The notes under the pieces: model-generated
The model's database searches: none
The model's input: only the letters and a program-made list of their open reading frames with translations
What the model was told of the DNA's origin: nothing
Shown here: positions 20,051-28,459 of the stretch, piece after piece
How positions within the stretch are numbered: position 1 is the first letter of the stretch
Layout: the number at the start of each line of letters is the position of its first letter
Translations under genes and position numbers: made by a program
DNA from: an uncultured Anaerolineaceae bacterium
GTDB taxonomy: Bacteria > Chloroflexota > Dehalococcoidia > Tepidiformales > Tepidiformaceae
Direction of reading: 5' to 3'
NCBI GenBank assembly: GCA_964533605.1
Contig: CAZHMF010000003.1
Coordinates: 1 to 58,577 of the forward strand
DNA length: 58,577 nucleotides

Positions 20051-20956
20051 GTGACGGTGGAGTTCGCACAGGTCAGGGCGTTTCTGGCGGCCGCCGACAG
20101 CGGCAGCTTCAGTCGGGCCGCGGAAACGCTCTCAGTCGCACAGCCGTCCCTCAGCAACCGGATCCTCGCCCTCGAACGTGAAGTCGGCCAGCAACTCTTC
20201 GAGCGCACCGGGCGAGGCGTGCGCCTCACCGACGCAGGTCGCTCCTTTCTTCCGTTCGCGATCCGCGCCATGCGGGCCCTCGATCAGGGCGGAGCCATGC
20301 TCGAAGGCTCTCGCGATGCTCGCGCCGGCCAGCTCGCAATCGGAACCGCCCCTGCCGTCGGAACGTACGTGCTCCCCGGGATCCTGAAGAGCTTCTGCCT
20401 CGATCACCCGGGCGTCGATGTGCTCGTCCGCACCGATCACTCTGAAGAAGTCCTCCAGATGGTGCTCGACGACGACGTCCAGGTCGGGTTCGGCCGTCCC
20501 GTGAGCCACCCCGACGTCCGGACCGTGACCATCTACAGGGACGACCTGATCCTCGTCGTCCCGGCCGGGCACGACTTCGCCGGCAGGGCTCTGGTTCCCA
20601 TCGCTCAGCTGTCAGAAGAGTCACTCGTGCTCTTTGACCGGGACTCGAGCTACTACTCCCTCATCGTCGGCATGTTTCGCGATCTGGGTGTTGCCCCCAG
20701 ACAGCAAATGCAGCTCGACAGCATTGAGGCGACGAAGAAGATGGTCGAAGCGGGTCTCGGTATCGCCTTGCTGCCCGAGCGTTCCGTCGAACGCGAGCTG
20801 CACCTCGAAACGCTGTACCGGGTAGGTATCGAGGGAGCCGAGCCCGTCAATCGCGACATCGCCGTCATGTACCGGAGGTCGAAGCCGCAGTCAGGCCCGA
20901 TGGCTGCGTTTCTCACACTCCTCGGCTCCACGTTTGAGGTCGCCCTTCCCAACTAG
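20051..20956 (+). CDS. LysR-family transcriptional regulator
   Basis: N-terminal wHTH FAQVRAFLAAADSGSFSRAAETLSVAQPSLSNRILALEREVGQQLFERTGRGVRLTDAG. The start is GTG 20051 or GTG 20057. Confidence 0.88.
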   Translation: MTVEFAQVRAFLAAADSGSFSRAAETLSVAQPSLSNRILALEREVGQQLFERTGRGVRLTDAGRSFLPFAIRAMRALDQGGAMLEGSRDARAGQLAIGTAPAVGTYVLPGILKSFCLDHPGVDVLVRTDHSEEVLQMVLDDDVQVGFGRPVSHPDVRTVTIYRDDLILVVPAGHDFAGRALVPIAQLSEESLVLFDRDSSYYSLIVGMFRDLGVAPRQQMQLDSIEATKKMVEAGLGIALLPERSVERELHLETLYRVGIEGAEPVNRDIAVMYRRSKPQSGPMAAFLTLLGSTFEVALPN

Positions 20957-20963
20957 GCTCAGT

Positions 20964-22748
20964 TCAGCGGCCCTCGAAGGTGGCATCCGAGCGATCCAGC
21001 CAGCAGTCGGCCAGCCGTCCCTGGAAACCGTCGGTCGCATCGAGCGGGAAGCTGCGGACGTAGGGCCAGGCCAGGGCGATGACCCGTTCGCTGACGAAGT
21101 TGATGCCCGCGTTCAGCTCGAGCAGCCGCCGCTGGATGTCGAACCCGATCTCCCTCCTCCGATCGCCGTCCAGTTCCATCCGCTGGGCGATAATTCGGGA
21201 GTCGAGGTCTTCGTCGCGGATAGCGAAGCTGTTCTTGGTGCCCTCACTATGAAAGTAAGGGTAGACCCAGTCGTCGAGGTCTATCCAGCCCGAATCGGGC
21301 CCGGCGACCCAGGGGGCCTCCTGGCTCAGGAGCCGGGTCACGATCTCCGCCAGTGGCAGGGCTACGACGTCAACCGTCAGCCCCAGTGCACGGCCCACCT
21401 GATCCCTCAGGATCGAGCCCAGACCGAGCCCTCGCTCGGCTTCGTCAACTACGAGGAGCTCCAACGACTCCGGGAGCTCGTTGTCCTCGCGATAGCTCTC
21501 AAGAAGCGCCCGCGCATCCTGGATGTCCTGCTCCCGACCGCTCGATCCGGGCTTGTACCCGGGGAAAGTCGCGAGTTCCGCCTGGGGCAGGGACCAGCGA
21601 GTGATGGGCCAGCTAACCCAGGGGTTCACCTCGCCCGAATCCGAGAAAAGCGTCCGGATCATCTCCCGGCGATCGACCGAGAGGGCGAGGGCCGTTCGCA
21701 CGCGAACGTCGTCATAGGGCGGCTCCGGAAGGAAGAAGCGCATTCCGAAGAAGTCGGCCAGGCCGGCGGGCACCTCCACGAGTTCCGGGATCACCGTTCT
21801 CAGACGATCGGCAACCGGCCGGTCCACGAACGCCACATCCAGTCTCTTGGTTCGCAGGCTCGCTTCCACCTCGACGGCATCCCGCGGCTGCTCGATCGAA
21901 ACGCCGTCCAGGTAGGGGCGCTCATTGCCCCCGAACCATCTCTGGTTGCCGACCGTGCTGGCGAATTCACGCTCATTCCATTCGACGGGAAGGAAGGGAC
22001 CGCTTCCGGGCTGCCTCGTAGCCGTGAATCCCCCTTCCGCCGCCTCGGGCGCGACGATGAACGAATGCACATCGGCAAGCTGATGAAGCGTGGTCCCCAG
22101 TGGCTCCTTGAGGGTCATCGTCACCGTGTCCGGGGCTGGTGCCTCGATTGATTCGAAATTCAACCAGCGCGGGCGCCGCACGAATGTCGCGTCGCCGTCG
22201 CGTTGGCGTTCGATGCTGAACTTCACGTCATCGGCCGTCACTGCGCGCCCGGCGAGGACGTCGTCGTCGGTCCACGTCGCGGACGGATTGAGCCTGACGA
22301 TCAGTGTGAGAGGGTCGGGCTGTTCCGGAAGCGACAGCGCAAGATCGGCGCCGATCATCCCGGCCGCCTGACTTTCGTAGGTGAGCAAGCGGCTGAAGAG
22401 CAGCGATTGAAAAGCGGCAAGTGGCGGAGACTGGGTGCGATGGGGGTCGAACTGGGCGTCACTGATCACGAAGCCCGTGTAGCGGAGTGTCCCTCCCCGC
22501 GAGGCCCCCCCGATCGCGGTCGCACCCGTGATCGAGGTGGGAGATGTCGAAGGTGACGACTCGGCCGGCGGTGTCGGAGTCACCGTTGCCGGGCCCGGCC
22601 TGCCGCCCCCGCTTCGACAGCCCGTCAGGAGGGCGCCGGCGAGGACCGCCGAGGAACGGAGAAAGTGGCGACGGCTGGCGCGCCGGAGAGGCCTGCCCGC
22701 CGAGCTCGCGTCAGGCTCCGCCCGACGCCGCGCGGGTTGCCTGGACAA
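20964..22748 (-). CDS. ABC transporter substrate-binding protein, family 5 (peptide/nickel type), Tat signal plus lipobox
   Basis: SRRHFLRSSAVLAGALLTGC at the N-terminus. The ~590-aa length and sequence pattern fit family 5 SBPs. Confidence 0.78.
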   Translation of the reverse strand: MSRQPARRRAEPDASSAGRPLRRASRRHFLRSSAVLAGALLTGCRSGGGRPGPATVTPTPPAESSPSTSPTSITGATAIGGASRGGTLRYTGFVISDAQFDPHRTQSPPLAAFQSLLFSRLLTYESQAAGMIGADLALSLPEQPDPLTLIVRLNPSATWTDDDVLAGRAVTADDVKFSIERQRDGDATFVRRPRWLNFESIEAPAPDTVTMTLKEPLGTTLHQLADVHSFIVAPEAAEGGFTATRQPGSGPFLPVEWNEREFASTVGNQRWFGGNERPYLDGVSIEQPRDAVEVEASLRTKRLDVAFVDRPVADRLRTVIPELVEVPAGLADFFGMRFFLPEPPYDDVRVRTALALSVDRREMIRTLFSDSGEVNPWVSWPITRWSLPQAELATFPGYKPGSSGREQDIQDARALLESYREDNELPESLELLVVDEAERGLGLGSILRDQVGRALGLTVDVVALPLAEIVTRLLSQEAPWVAGPDSGWIDLDDWVYPYFHSEGTKNSFAIRDEDLDSRIIAQRMELDGDRRREIGFDIQRRLLELNAGINFVSERVIALAWPYVRSFPLDATDGFQGRLADCWLDRSDATFEGR

Positions 22749-23217
22749 GGCTTTGCTCCTGCTCGCTGAGGGCTCCCCAGTCCTTGAGAATCTCGGATTT
22801 CAGCGGGAAGATGTGGATGGCATCCCAGCCGCAGACATCCTCGCAGAGCCTGCACGCAGTGCACGCCTTCTCGTCGACCGTGCTGACGCCGAAGAAGTCG
22901 TCGATGCGGTCCGTGTGCCGGAGGGAGAGCGCGTCGAATGGGCAGATATTGATGCAAAGCTCGCATCCGGACCCGATGCACTTGTCCTCGATCACGATGG
23001 CCCTCGGCCAGTCGGTCTTCTTGATCGACCGGCAGACGTGTCCGACCGTGTCGAGAATCGCTTCCGGCGGGCAGACGATGCCGCAGGCACCGCAGTCGAT
23101 GCAGAGAGTCGAGTCGATCACATGGAGCTGGTTGCGCTCCCCGGTGATCGCGTTGGTCGGACAACGCTTGGTGCAGGCGGTGCAGCCGATGCACGTGTCG
23201 ATGATGCTGTAAGCCAA
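22711..23217 (-). CDS. polyferredoxin with four 4Fe-4S cluster motifs
   Basis: CIGCTACTKRCP, CIDCGACGIVCP, CIGSGCELCINICP, CTACRLCEDVCG. TTG 23217 is preceded by GGAGG 8 nt upstream. The upstream part of the track ORF is probably untranslated. Confidence 0.72.
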   Translation of the reverse strand: MAYSIIDTCIGCTACTKRCPTNAITGERNQLHVIDSTLCIDCGACGIVCPPEAILDTVGHVCRSIKKTDWPRAIVIEDKCIGSGCELCINICPFDALSLRHTDRIDDFFGVSTVDEKACTACRLCEDVCGWDAIHIFPLKSEILKDWGALSEQEQSLVQATRAASGGA

Positions 23218-23421
23218 CTCGCGACCCTCCCGCAGACTCGCATCGAGGCTACCACGAGAGGGCTCTCCGTTCACAGCACACCGGACGGGCGGTTGCCGGG
23301 CCGGGTTCGACTGGTTTTGAATTAGGTAAGACGAATCGCGTTCGTAAGCATGAACGAAGCATCCTATACTCAAACAAACGGGGCGCACCGAATCCCTATG
23401 CCCCTGATCTGGAAGGATGTG

Positions 23422-23871
23422 ATGATGAACCTCTTTACCCGCCTACTGCGACCTGCAAGCGTGGCCCATGCGCATTGCGACGGCCCCTGCGGTGTCTACG
23501 ACCCGGCTTCCGCCCGGATCGCCGCGGAAGCCGTACTCTCGATGGAGAAGAAACTGGCCGCCCTCGGCGACGCCGGCGACCTCGCAACCGAGAACACCCG
23601 TTCGCGCTTCATTGCCATCAAGGAAGAGCAGGCCGAGCTGGCCAAGCGAGAGCTCGACATTCTCTGGCACGATTACTTCAAGCCGGAGCACACCGCCAAG
23701 TACGCTGATCTCCATGAGACTTTCTGGAACGCGGCCAAGCTCGCATCCAAGAACAAGACCGAATCGGATCCGGCGAACGGTGAGGCCCTCCTGGCAAGCA
23801 TCGAGAAGATCCACAACATCTTCTGGGACTCGAAGGGTCGTACCGACGTGCCCTTCTATCGCGCAAGCTAG
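23422..23871 (+). CDS. sodN: nickel superoxide dismutase precursor
   Basis: A short leader (MMNLFTRLLRPASVAHA), then the Ni-hook HCDGPCGVYDPA, then the four-helix-bundle body. GGAAGGA lies upstream of ATG 23422/23425. Confidence 0.9.
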   Translation: MMNLFTRLLRPASVAHAHCDGPCGVYDPASARIAAEAVLSMEKKLAALGDAGDLATENTRSRFIAIKEEQAELAKRELDILWHDYFKPEHTAKYADLHETFWNAAKLASKNKTESDPANGEALLASIEKIHNIFWDSKGRTDVPFYRAS

Positions 23872-23940
23872 CACCGGGGCCGCCCGCTCCTCACTAACGC
23901 CCGTGGATTCCTCGACTTGAGCATCCGCGGGCGTCTTCTC

Positions 23941-24438
23941 ATGTGTCTCGGACGGTCCGGCTCAGTCTTGCAAAGTCTGATCTCGTCGGGCTTCTTGGCC
24001 CTCCGGCGGACCCTGACCCGCGGCACTCCTGCCTGGTCGGTCAGGGTCCGCCGGAGGACGGCCCGGGCCGCTTCAGCCCTTCAGGGGGGCCTCACGGTCC
24101 CGCTCCGACTTCGCCGTTATGCGGTGAGGGGCGAGAGCATGGCGCCCGGACTGTCGGACGGTGATTTCGTCATCGTGCTCAGGCGCGGGCCCCTCGACTC
24201 GCTGCGGCCGGGGCAGGTGGTGATCCTCTCGGATCCGCGCAACCCGTCGCGGACCCTCGTGAAGCGCATTGCAGCGGTTGACGAGGAACTCGGGATCTGG
24301 CTCCTTGGGGACAGCCCCGCCCACAGCACTGACAGCCGGACGTTCGGACACGTTCCGACCGAGAGTATCGCCGGCCGCGTGTTGCTTACTTACTGGCCCC
24401 TCCGTCGTCTTCGGCCGTTGCCGTCAACATTTCCATGA
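23941..24438 (+). CDS. sodX: S26-family peptidase, NiSOD maturation protease
   Basis: GESMAPGL (catalytic Ser), VKRI (Lys box), GDSPAHSTDSRTFG. Lies directly downstream of sodN. The start is uncertain (23917-24120). Confidence 0.72.
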   Translation: MCLGRSGSVLQSLISSGFLALRRTLTRGTPAWSVRVRRRTARAASALQGGLTVPLRLRRYAVRGESMAPGLSDGDFVIVLRRGPLDSLRPGQVVILSDPRNPSRTLVKRIAAVDEELGIWLLGDSPAHSTDSRTFGHVPTESIAGRVLLTYWPLRRLRPLPSTFP

Positions 24439-25678
24439 GAAATGGGTGAATACCCGGTCCGCTCGCCACGAGTACCTCCCCCGCAAAACTCACAGAACCC
24501 CCGGCTTCGCGCACGAGGAGAGCCCCCGCCTCGAAGTCCCAACGGTGCAGACCGTCTTCGTAGTACCCGTCGACCTGGCCGGCTGCCACACGACAGAGGT
24601 CGAGCGCGGCGGAGCCGCTCCTCCTGACATCCCGCACATGGGGAAGAATCCGCCGCAGCCGGTCGGCCTGCGCGGCCCTTTGCGCCGACTGGTAGCCGAA
24701 TCCCGTGGCAATGAGGGCCGTCCCGGGCTCTTCGACGGTCGTTACATGAAGCTGTGTACCGCCCCGGAAAGCGCCCGCACCGGCTGCGGACCAGTATGTC
24801 TCGCGCGAGGCTACGTCGTGGATGACGCCGGCTTCCACCACCCCTGCCCTCTCCATCGCCAGGACCACGGCGACAGCCGGGATGCCGTACAGAAGGTTGG
24901 TCGTGCCGTCCACGGGGTCGATGATCCAGCGAACATCGGTCGAGCTTGAGCGGCTCGCCCCTTCCTCGCCGACGATTCCGTCGCCCGGGCGGACGGCGAG
25001 CAGCGATTCAACGATGTGCTCTTCCGCGGCCCGGTCGATGTTGGTCACCATGTCGACGCCGGAGGATTTCGTCGCAACGTCCGCGATTCCCTTCGACTGA
25101 AGGTGGCGCACGAGCGAACCGGCCGAGTTCGCGACGTCAAAAGCAAGCGGCAGAAGAGGATGGCTCGAGGCGAGTGGCCTCCCGCCGGCCCCGGCCAGGT
25201 CGGCCATTACCAGCTCATCCGTCGGGAACGCGAGCGGCGGCGGCGCGGACGGACTCACGTAGGCCAGCTCTGTGAACTCGCCGTCCGCCGGGCGGAGATC
25301 TCCGGCGAGGACCGTGCCGAGGAACCAGACCCCGACCGTCTGCTTCTCGGGCCGGTGGAAATTAGAGTGAACCGCGAAGAGAGCGCCCGGCTCGACGGTG
25401 AGCCCGGTTTCTTCCTGAATCTCTCTCACGGCCGCTTCGCGGATTTCCTCGTCGTACTCGACATAGCCACAAGGGATGCACCAGAGTCCTTCGTAAGGGC
25501 CCGATGCGCGGCGGCCGACCAGGACCCGGCCCACCTCGTCGCGGACGATTACGGCGACCCCCGTTATCGGATTCCTGTAGAGAATGAACCCGCAGCCCGG
25601 GCAGATTGGGCGCTCTCCACCGGAGAGACGCTTTCCGCAGTCGGGGCAGTAGCTTCCAGGTTCCGGGCGCGCCGACAT
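24386..25678 (-). CDS. fusion protein: zinc-ribbon Nudix hydrolase (N-terminal) + inositol-monophosphatase-family phosphatase (C-terminal)
   Basis: CPDCG-X11-CPGCG; complete Nudix box GYVEYDEEIREAAVREIQEETGL; IMPase motifs IVGEEG, WIIDPVDGTTN, WDFEAG. Start at ATG 25678. Confidence 0.8.
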   Translation of the reverse strand: MSARPEPGSYCPDCGKRLSGGERPICPGCGFILYRNPITGVAVIVRDEVGRVLVGRRASGPYEGLWCIPCGYVEYDEEIREAAVREIQEETGLTVEPGALFAVHSNFHRPEKQTVGVWFLGTVLAGDLRPADGEFTELAYVSPSAPPPLAFPTDELVMADLAGAGGRPLASSHPLLPLAFDVANSAGSLVRHLQSKGIADVATKSSGVDMVTNIDRAAEEHIVESLLAVRPGDGIVGEEGASRSSSTDVRWIIDPVDGTTNLLYGIPAVAVVLAMERAGVVEAGVIHDVASRETYWSAAGAGAFRGGTQLHVTTVEEPGTALIATGFGYQSAQRAAQADRLRRILPHVRDVRRSGSAALDLCRVAAGQVDGYYEDGLHRWDFEAGALLVREAGGSVSFAGEVLVASGPGIHPFLMEMLTATAEDDGGASK

Positions 25679-25694
25679 CGTGACTCCGACCCGC

Positions 25695-26246
25695 CTACGG
25701 CCGGGGAAGCCTGCCGTCCAGGCCGAGCGCGCAGAGGCCGAGCAGGTCATCAGCGATCTTGCGGATCGCTACCGCCACGCCTGCGTTGTTGGGCTCGGCG
25801 CCGGTGCCCCAGTGGTCTGCCGACCGCGAGATGACAACATCCGGAACGGCCGCCACGGCCCCGATGTGACGGAGGACTCTCGTGACATCTGTTACCCCCG
25901 GCTCCGCATCTCCGCGCGCGACACCGATGAGCGCAAACGGCTTTCCTCCGGCCTGCGGCACATCGAGGAAGTCGAGCGCGTTCTTCAGCGCCCCTGGCAT
26001 GGAGCCGTGGTAGGTCGGAATGGTCAGGACGAGGCCGTCCGCGGCCTCGATCGCTGCCCGCCAGGTCGCAACCGCGGGTGGATAGCGGTCTTCCTGCCTG
26101 CCGTCGAGGAGGGGGAGGCATCCGATGTCGAACGTCTCGCACTGCGCGCCGGCGGCCTCGAGGGCCGCCAGCGCGACCTTCAGTGCCCTGTCGGCGGTGC
26201 TTCCCGCCCGTATGCTGCCGTTGATCCCGAGGATTCGTGAGCTCAC
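25695..26246 (-). CDS. NAD(P)H-dependent FMN reductase family oxidoreductase
   Basis: ILGINGSIRAGSTADRAL ... LVLTIPTYHGSMPGALKNALDF. GTG start at 26246. The upstream part of ORF 25695..26540 is Arg/Pro-rich junk. Confidence 0.78.
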   Translation of the reverse strand: MSSRILGINGSIRAGSTADRALKVALAALEAAGAQCETFDIGCLPLLDGRQEDRYPPAVATWRAAIEAADGLVLTIPTYHGSMPGALKNALDFLDVPQAGGKPFALIGVARGDAEPGVTDVTRVLRHIGAVAAVPDVVISRSADHWGTGAEPNNAGVAVAIRKIADDLLGLCALGLDGRLPRP

Positions 26247-26413
26247 ATTCGAAAGCCTATCCCCGGGGCGATGCGGGAGCCAACCCTTGCCGCCGGCGGG
26301 TGCGCCGTTACCCTCACGGTGTGAGGCCCGCTTCCGAACGGCCGCAGTCGAGGGGAACCGCGAGTTCGCCGCTCGAATCGCATCGCGGGAGGTCCGGTCG
26401 TCCTGGCCTGCGC

Positions 26414-27316
26414 GTGGCCGTCGTCGGCAGCTGCATGATGGATGTCGTGGTGGAGGTCGCCAGGCTCCCGGAGCCGGGCGAGACGATTGTCGGCTCGTCC
26501 GTCTCGACCCACGTTGGCGGCAAGGGGAACAATCAGGCAATTGCGGCCGCCCGTCTCGGTGCCGAGGTGTCGCTCATCGGGAAGGTGGGCGCTGATGCGT
26601 TCGGCGATCAGATCAGGACCTACAGTGAGGCGGCGGGCGTGGATTGCCGCGGGCTGCTTCGCGATGAAACGGTCTCCACCGGAGTGGCCGTCCCGATCGT
26701 CCTCCCCGACGGGAACAACAGCATTCTTGCCGTGCCACAGGCCAACCTGGCGCTGACTCCCACCGAGGTTGATTCGAGTGCCGGCCTGATCACCGCGGCC
26801 GGCCTGCTTCTCCTTCAGCTGGAAGTGGGGATCGAGGCCACGCTTGCGGCCGCAGAGATAGCGAACAGGGCAAAGGTCCCGATTGTTCTCAACACCGCAC
26901 CCATGGTCCCCCATCCGCCCGCGCTCCGGTCCCTGGCCGATGTCATCGTCGCGAACGAAACCGAGGCCGATGCGCTCTGTCCGGGGATCGCGGTTCGCGA
27001 GGAGCAGGTGGTGGCCCTCGCGGCAATGGGGCGTGGCTCTGCAATCATCACGCTCGGCGCGGCCGGCCTGATCCTCACGAACGAGGGCGGTGAGGTTGAG
27101 TCCCAGCCTGCGTTCTCAGTTGACGCGATCGATACAGTCGGTGCAGGTGACGCGTTCTGTGGTGCGCTCGCAGTGGGGCTGGCGGAGGGCCGGGATCTGG
27201 CCGGCGCCGCTCGTCGTGCTCAGGCCGCGGGTGCGGTGAGCACGAGGAGCAGGGGCGCGGCTGAATCGCTCCCGACTCTGCGAGAGCTAGACCAATTCCT
27301 CACCGAACACGGTTGA
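26414..27316 (+). CDS. rbsK: ribokinase (PfkB family)
   Basis: VAVVGSCMMD, GGKGNNQAIAAARLG, DTVGAGDAFCGAL. The start is uncertain; GTG 26414 was chosen. Confidence 0.8.
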   Translation: MAVVGSCMMDVVVEVARLPEPGETIVGSSVSTHVGGKGNNQAIAAARLGAEVSLIGKVGADAFGDQIRTYSEAAGVDCRGLLRDETVSTGVAVPIVLPDGNNSILAVPQANLALTPTEVDSSAGLITAAGLLLLQLEVGIEATLAAAEIANRAKVPIVLNTAPMVPHPPALRSLADVIVANETEADALCPGIAVREEQVVALAAMGRGSAIITLGAAGLILTNEGGEVESQPAFSVDAIDTVGAGDAFCGALAVGLAEGRDLAGAARRAQAAGAVSTRSRGAAESLPTLRELDQFLTEHG

Positions 27317-27361
27317 TACCGCCGTGGCTGCATCTGATAATTCGCATGACCGGATGCGCTA

Positions 27362-28417
27362 TTGAATGCCGAACAGCGGTTCTGCCCAGTCTGCAATCAG
27401 GCCTTCGCTCCGGCGGAGGCTGTGCTTCGCTGCCGTGGCTGCGGAGTATTGCACCACCCCACCTGCTGGGTTCGCAATGAAGGTTGTGCGACGGACAGGG
27501 TTCACGCCGAGAGCGCGGAGCCCCTGGCCTATGAGCCTCAGCAGCCCCCAATCGTGCCCGAGCCCCACCCGGGCGAGGGCACCAGGCTCCGCCGCCCGCC
27601 CGGTCCCGGCGAGACGCCGGTCATAGGATCGGAGCCCGACGCACTGCCGCCGGAGGTCGAGATCCCTCAGCCGCTGGCACGCCGCAGGGCCGAGGCAACG
27701 GGCGAAGCTGCGGATCTCCCGCCCGACCACAGCGACGACGACTGGTCCGAGCCGTCTGAAGGCGAGGTGGGCGCCGCCGAGGAATCCGAGGACGGGGAGG
27801 CTCCCCGGCACCAGGCACCCGTTCCGGAGGCTCCCCGGCGAGTTCGCTACGGCCGCTACGAGCCGCTGGAAACCGTGCCCGTCAGACGGCCTCTGCCGAG
27901 CATCTATCGTCGCCACCGGATACTGGGGCTCTGGTACATCCCGGCCGCACTGCTGCTCGGCGCGGCCGTCGCCGTGAGCGTTGTCCTGGGAGCAGACTAC
28001 CTGGCGGGCGACGGCGGTGATGATCCGGCCGCTCTGCCTTCGCCCACTGTCCCGCCGGCCACGGGCACCGTCTCCTCGGGGGCAGGAAGCGCCACGCCCG
28101 CTCCTCCCGCCACTCCGCATCCGACCAACACCCCCTCGACCCCGGTTGCAACGGCGACGCCTTCGATCACACCCCTGCCGGGGCAGTTCCTCTTCGGCCC
28201 CGGAGACCGCGTGGTGGTCGTCGGGACCGGCGACTGCCTCAACGTACGCGATGCCCCAAGCACTCGCGGCCCGGTGGTCTCGTGCGTCGGAGACGGCATC
28301 GAGGCGACGATCCTCTCGGGTCCGGCCGAAGGGGACGGTTACCAGTGGTGGTACGTGAGGGCCCAAGGTTACGCGGAGGGCTGGGTTGTCGAGGACTACC
28401 TCGGCCGTGCTCAGTGA
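27362..28417 (+). CDS. membrane protein: N-terminal Cys/His finger, acidic/Pro-rich region, one TM helix, Pro/Thr linker, C-terminal SH3b domain
   Basis: CPVC-X13-CRGC-X3-HH-X2-C-X6-C; TM helix ILGLWYIPAALLLGAAVAVSVVL; SH3-like GDRVVVVGTGDCLNVRDAPSTRG...GWVVEDYL. TTG start. Confidence 0.6.
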   Translation: MNAEQRFCPVCNQAFAPAEAVLRCRGCGVLHHPTCWVRNEGCATDRVHAESAEPLAYEPQQPPIVPEPHPGEGTRLRRPPGPGETPVIGSEPDALPPEVEIPQPLARRRAEATGEAADLPPDHSDDDWSEPSEGEVGAAEESEDGEAPRHQAPVPEAPRRVRYGRYEPLETVPVRRPLPSIYRRHRILGLWYIPAALLLGAAVAVSVVLGADYLAGDGGDDPAALPSPTVPPATGTVSSGAGSATPAPPATPHPTNTPSTPVATATPSITPLPGQFLFGPGDRVVVVGTGDCLNVRDAPSTRGPVVSCVGDGIEATILSGPAEGDGYQWWYVRAQGYAEGWVVEDYLGRAQ

Positions 28418-28459
28418 GACAGCAGGGCGGCGCCCTCCGCCCCGCTCATCGCCGTTCGG

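Noticed and set aside
24386-25678. Nudix-domain protein as the NrtR regulator for the nadB palindrome
   Set aside because: NrtR has a C-terminal winged-helix DNA-binding domain. This protein instead carries an IMPase-family catalytic domain and an intact Nudix box, so it looks like an enzyme, not a repressor.
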